Positions 43,281 through 64,000 of a DNA stretch of 64,000 bases are shown in pieces. Positions within the stretch are counted from its first letter, which is position 1, and each line of letters begins with the position of its first letter. A program made the position numbers and the translations under genes. Under the pieces are notes generated by a model. That model searched no databases, was not told the DNA's origin, and saw nothing but the letters and a program-made list of their open reading frames with translations. Origin of the DNA: Amoebidium appalachense (Eukaryota; Protista; Ichthyosporea); the NCBI GenBank assembly GCA_963693365.1, contig CAVNZM010000015.1, positions 124,001 through 188,000 of the forward strand, read 5' to 3'.

Positions 43281-63945
<20,665 letters not shown>

Positions 63946-63958
63946 GTGAGACCCCCCC

Positions 63959-63989
<31 letters not shown>

Positions 63990-64000
63990 ACTCTCTCTCT

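Overview
Eukaryotic nuclear DNA with many introns. Introns and intergenic DNA are saturated with poly-G/poly-C tracts and (CA)n/(GT)n/(GA)n microsatellites, so nearly all entries in the supplied ORF track are low-complexity artefacts. Splicing GT-AG exons by hand with consistent phases gives seven gene models. These are the 3' part of a fibronectin-type-III gene (+), an intronless coiled-coil/NHL gene (+), a ~1300-aa dynamin-like GTPase with an unknown C-terminal domain (-), a 414-aa coiled-coil protein with PSAP/PPxY motifs (-), a lesioned protein-kinase-like gene (-), a beta-propeller-like gene head-to-head with it (+), and a 25-exon Munc13-4/BAIAP3-like gene (+, runs off the window) with two C1 domains inserted inside its C2 domain. 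Two short non-coding insertions flanked by target-site duplications (TSDs) stand out. Family A has three copies, ends in GTAAACCCCC and inserts right after CTGAGT/CCGAGT. Family B is a strongly self-complementary 453-bp unit integrated as a 1.5-mer. Other oddities are (CA)n-G 3' splice sites, minisatellites that multiply splice sites, and a 2.3-kb G-rich satellite. All protein family calls are motif recognition by eye, not database results. Homopolymer lengths may be assembly errors.
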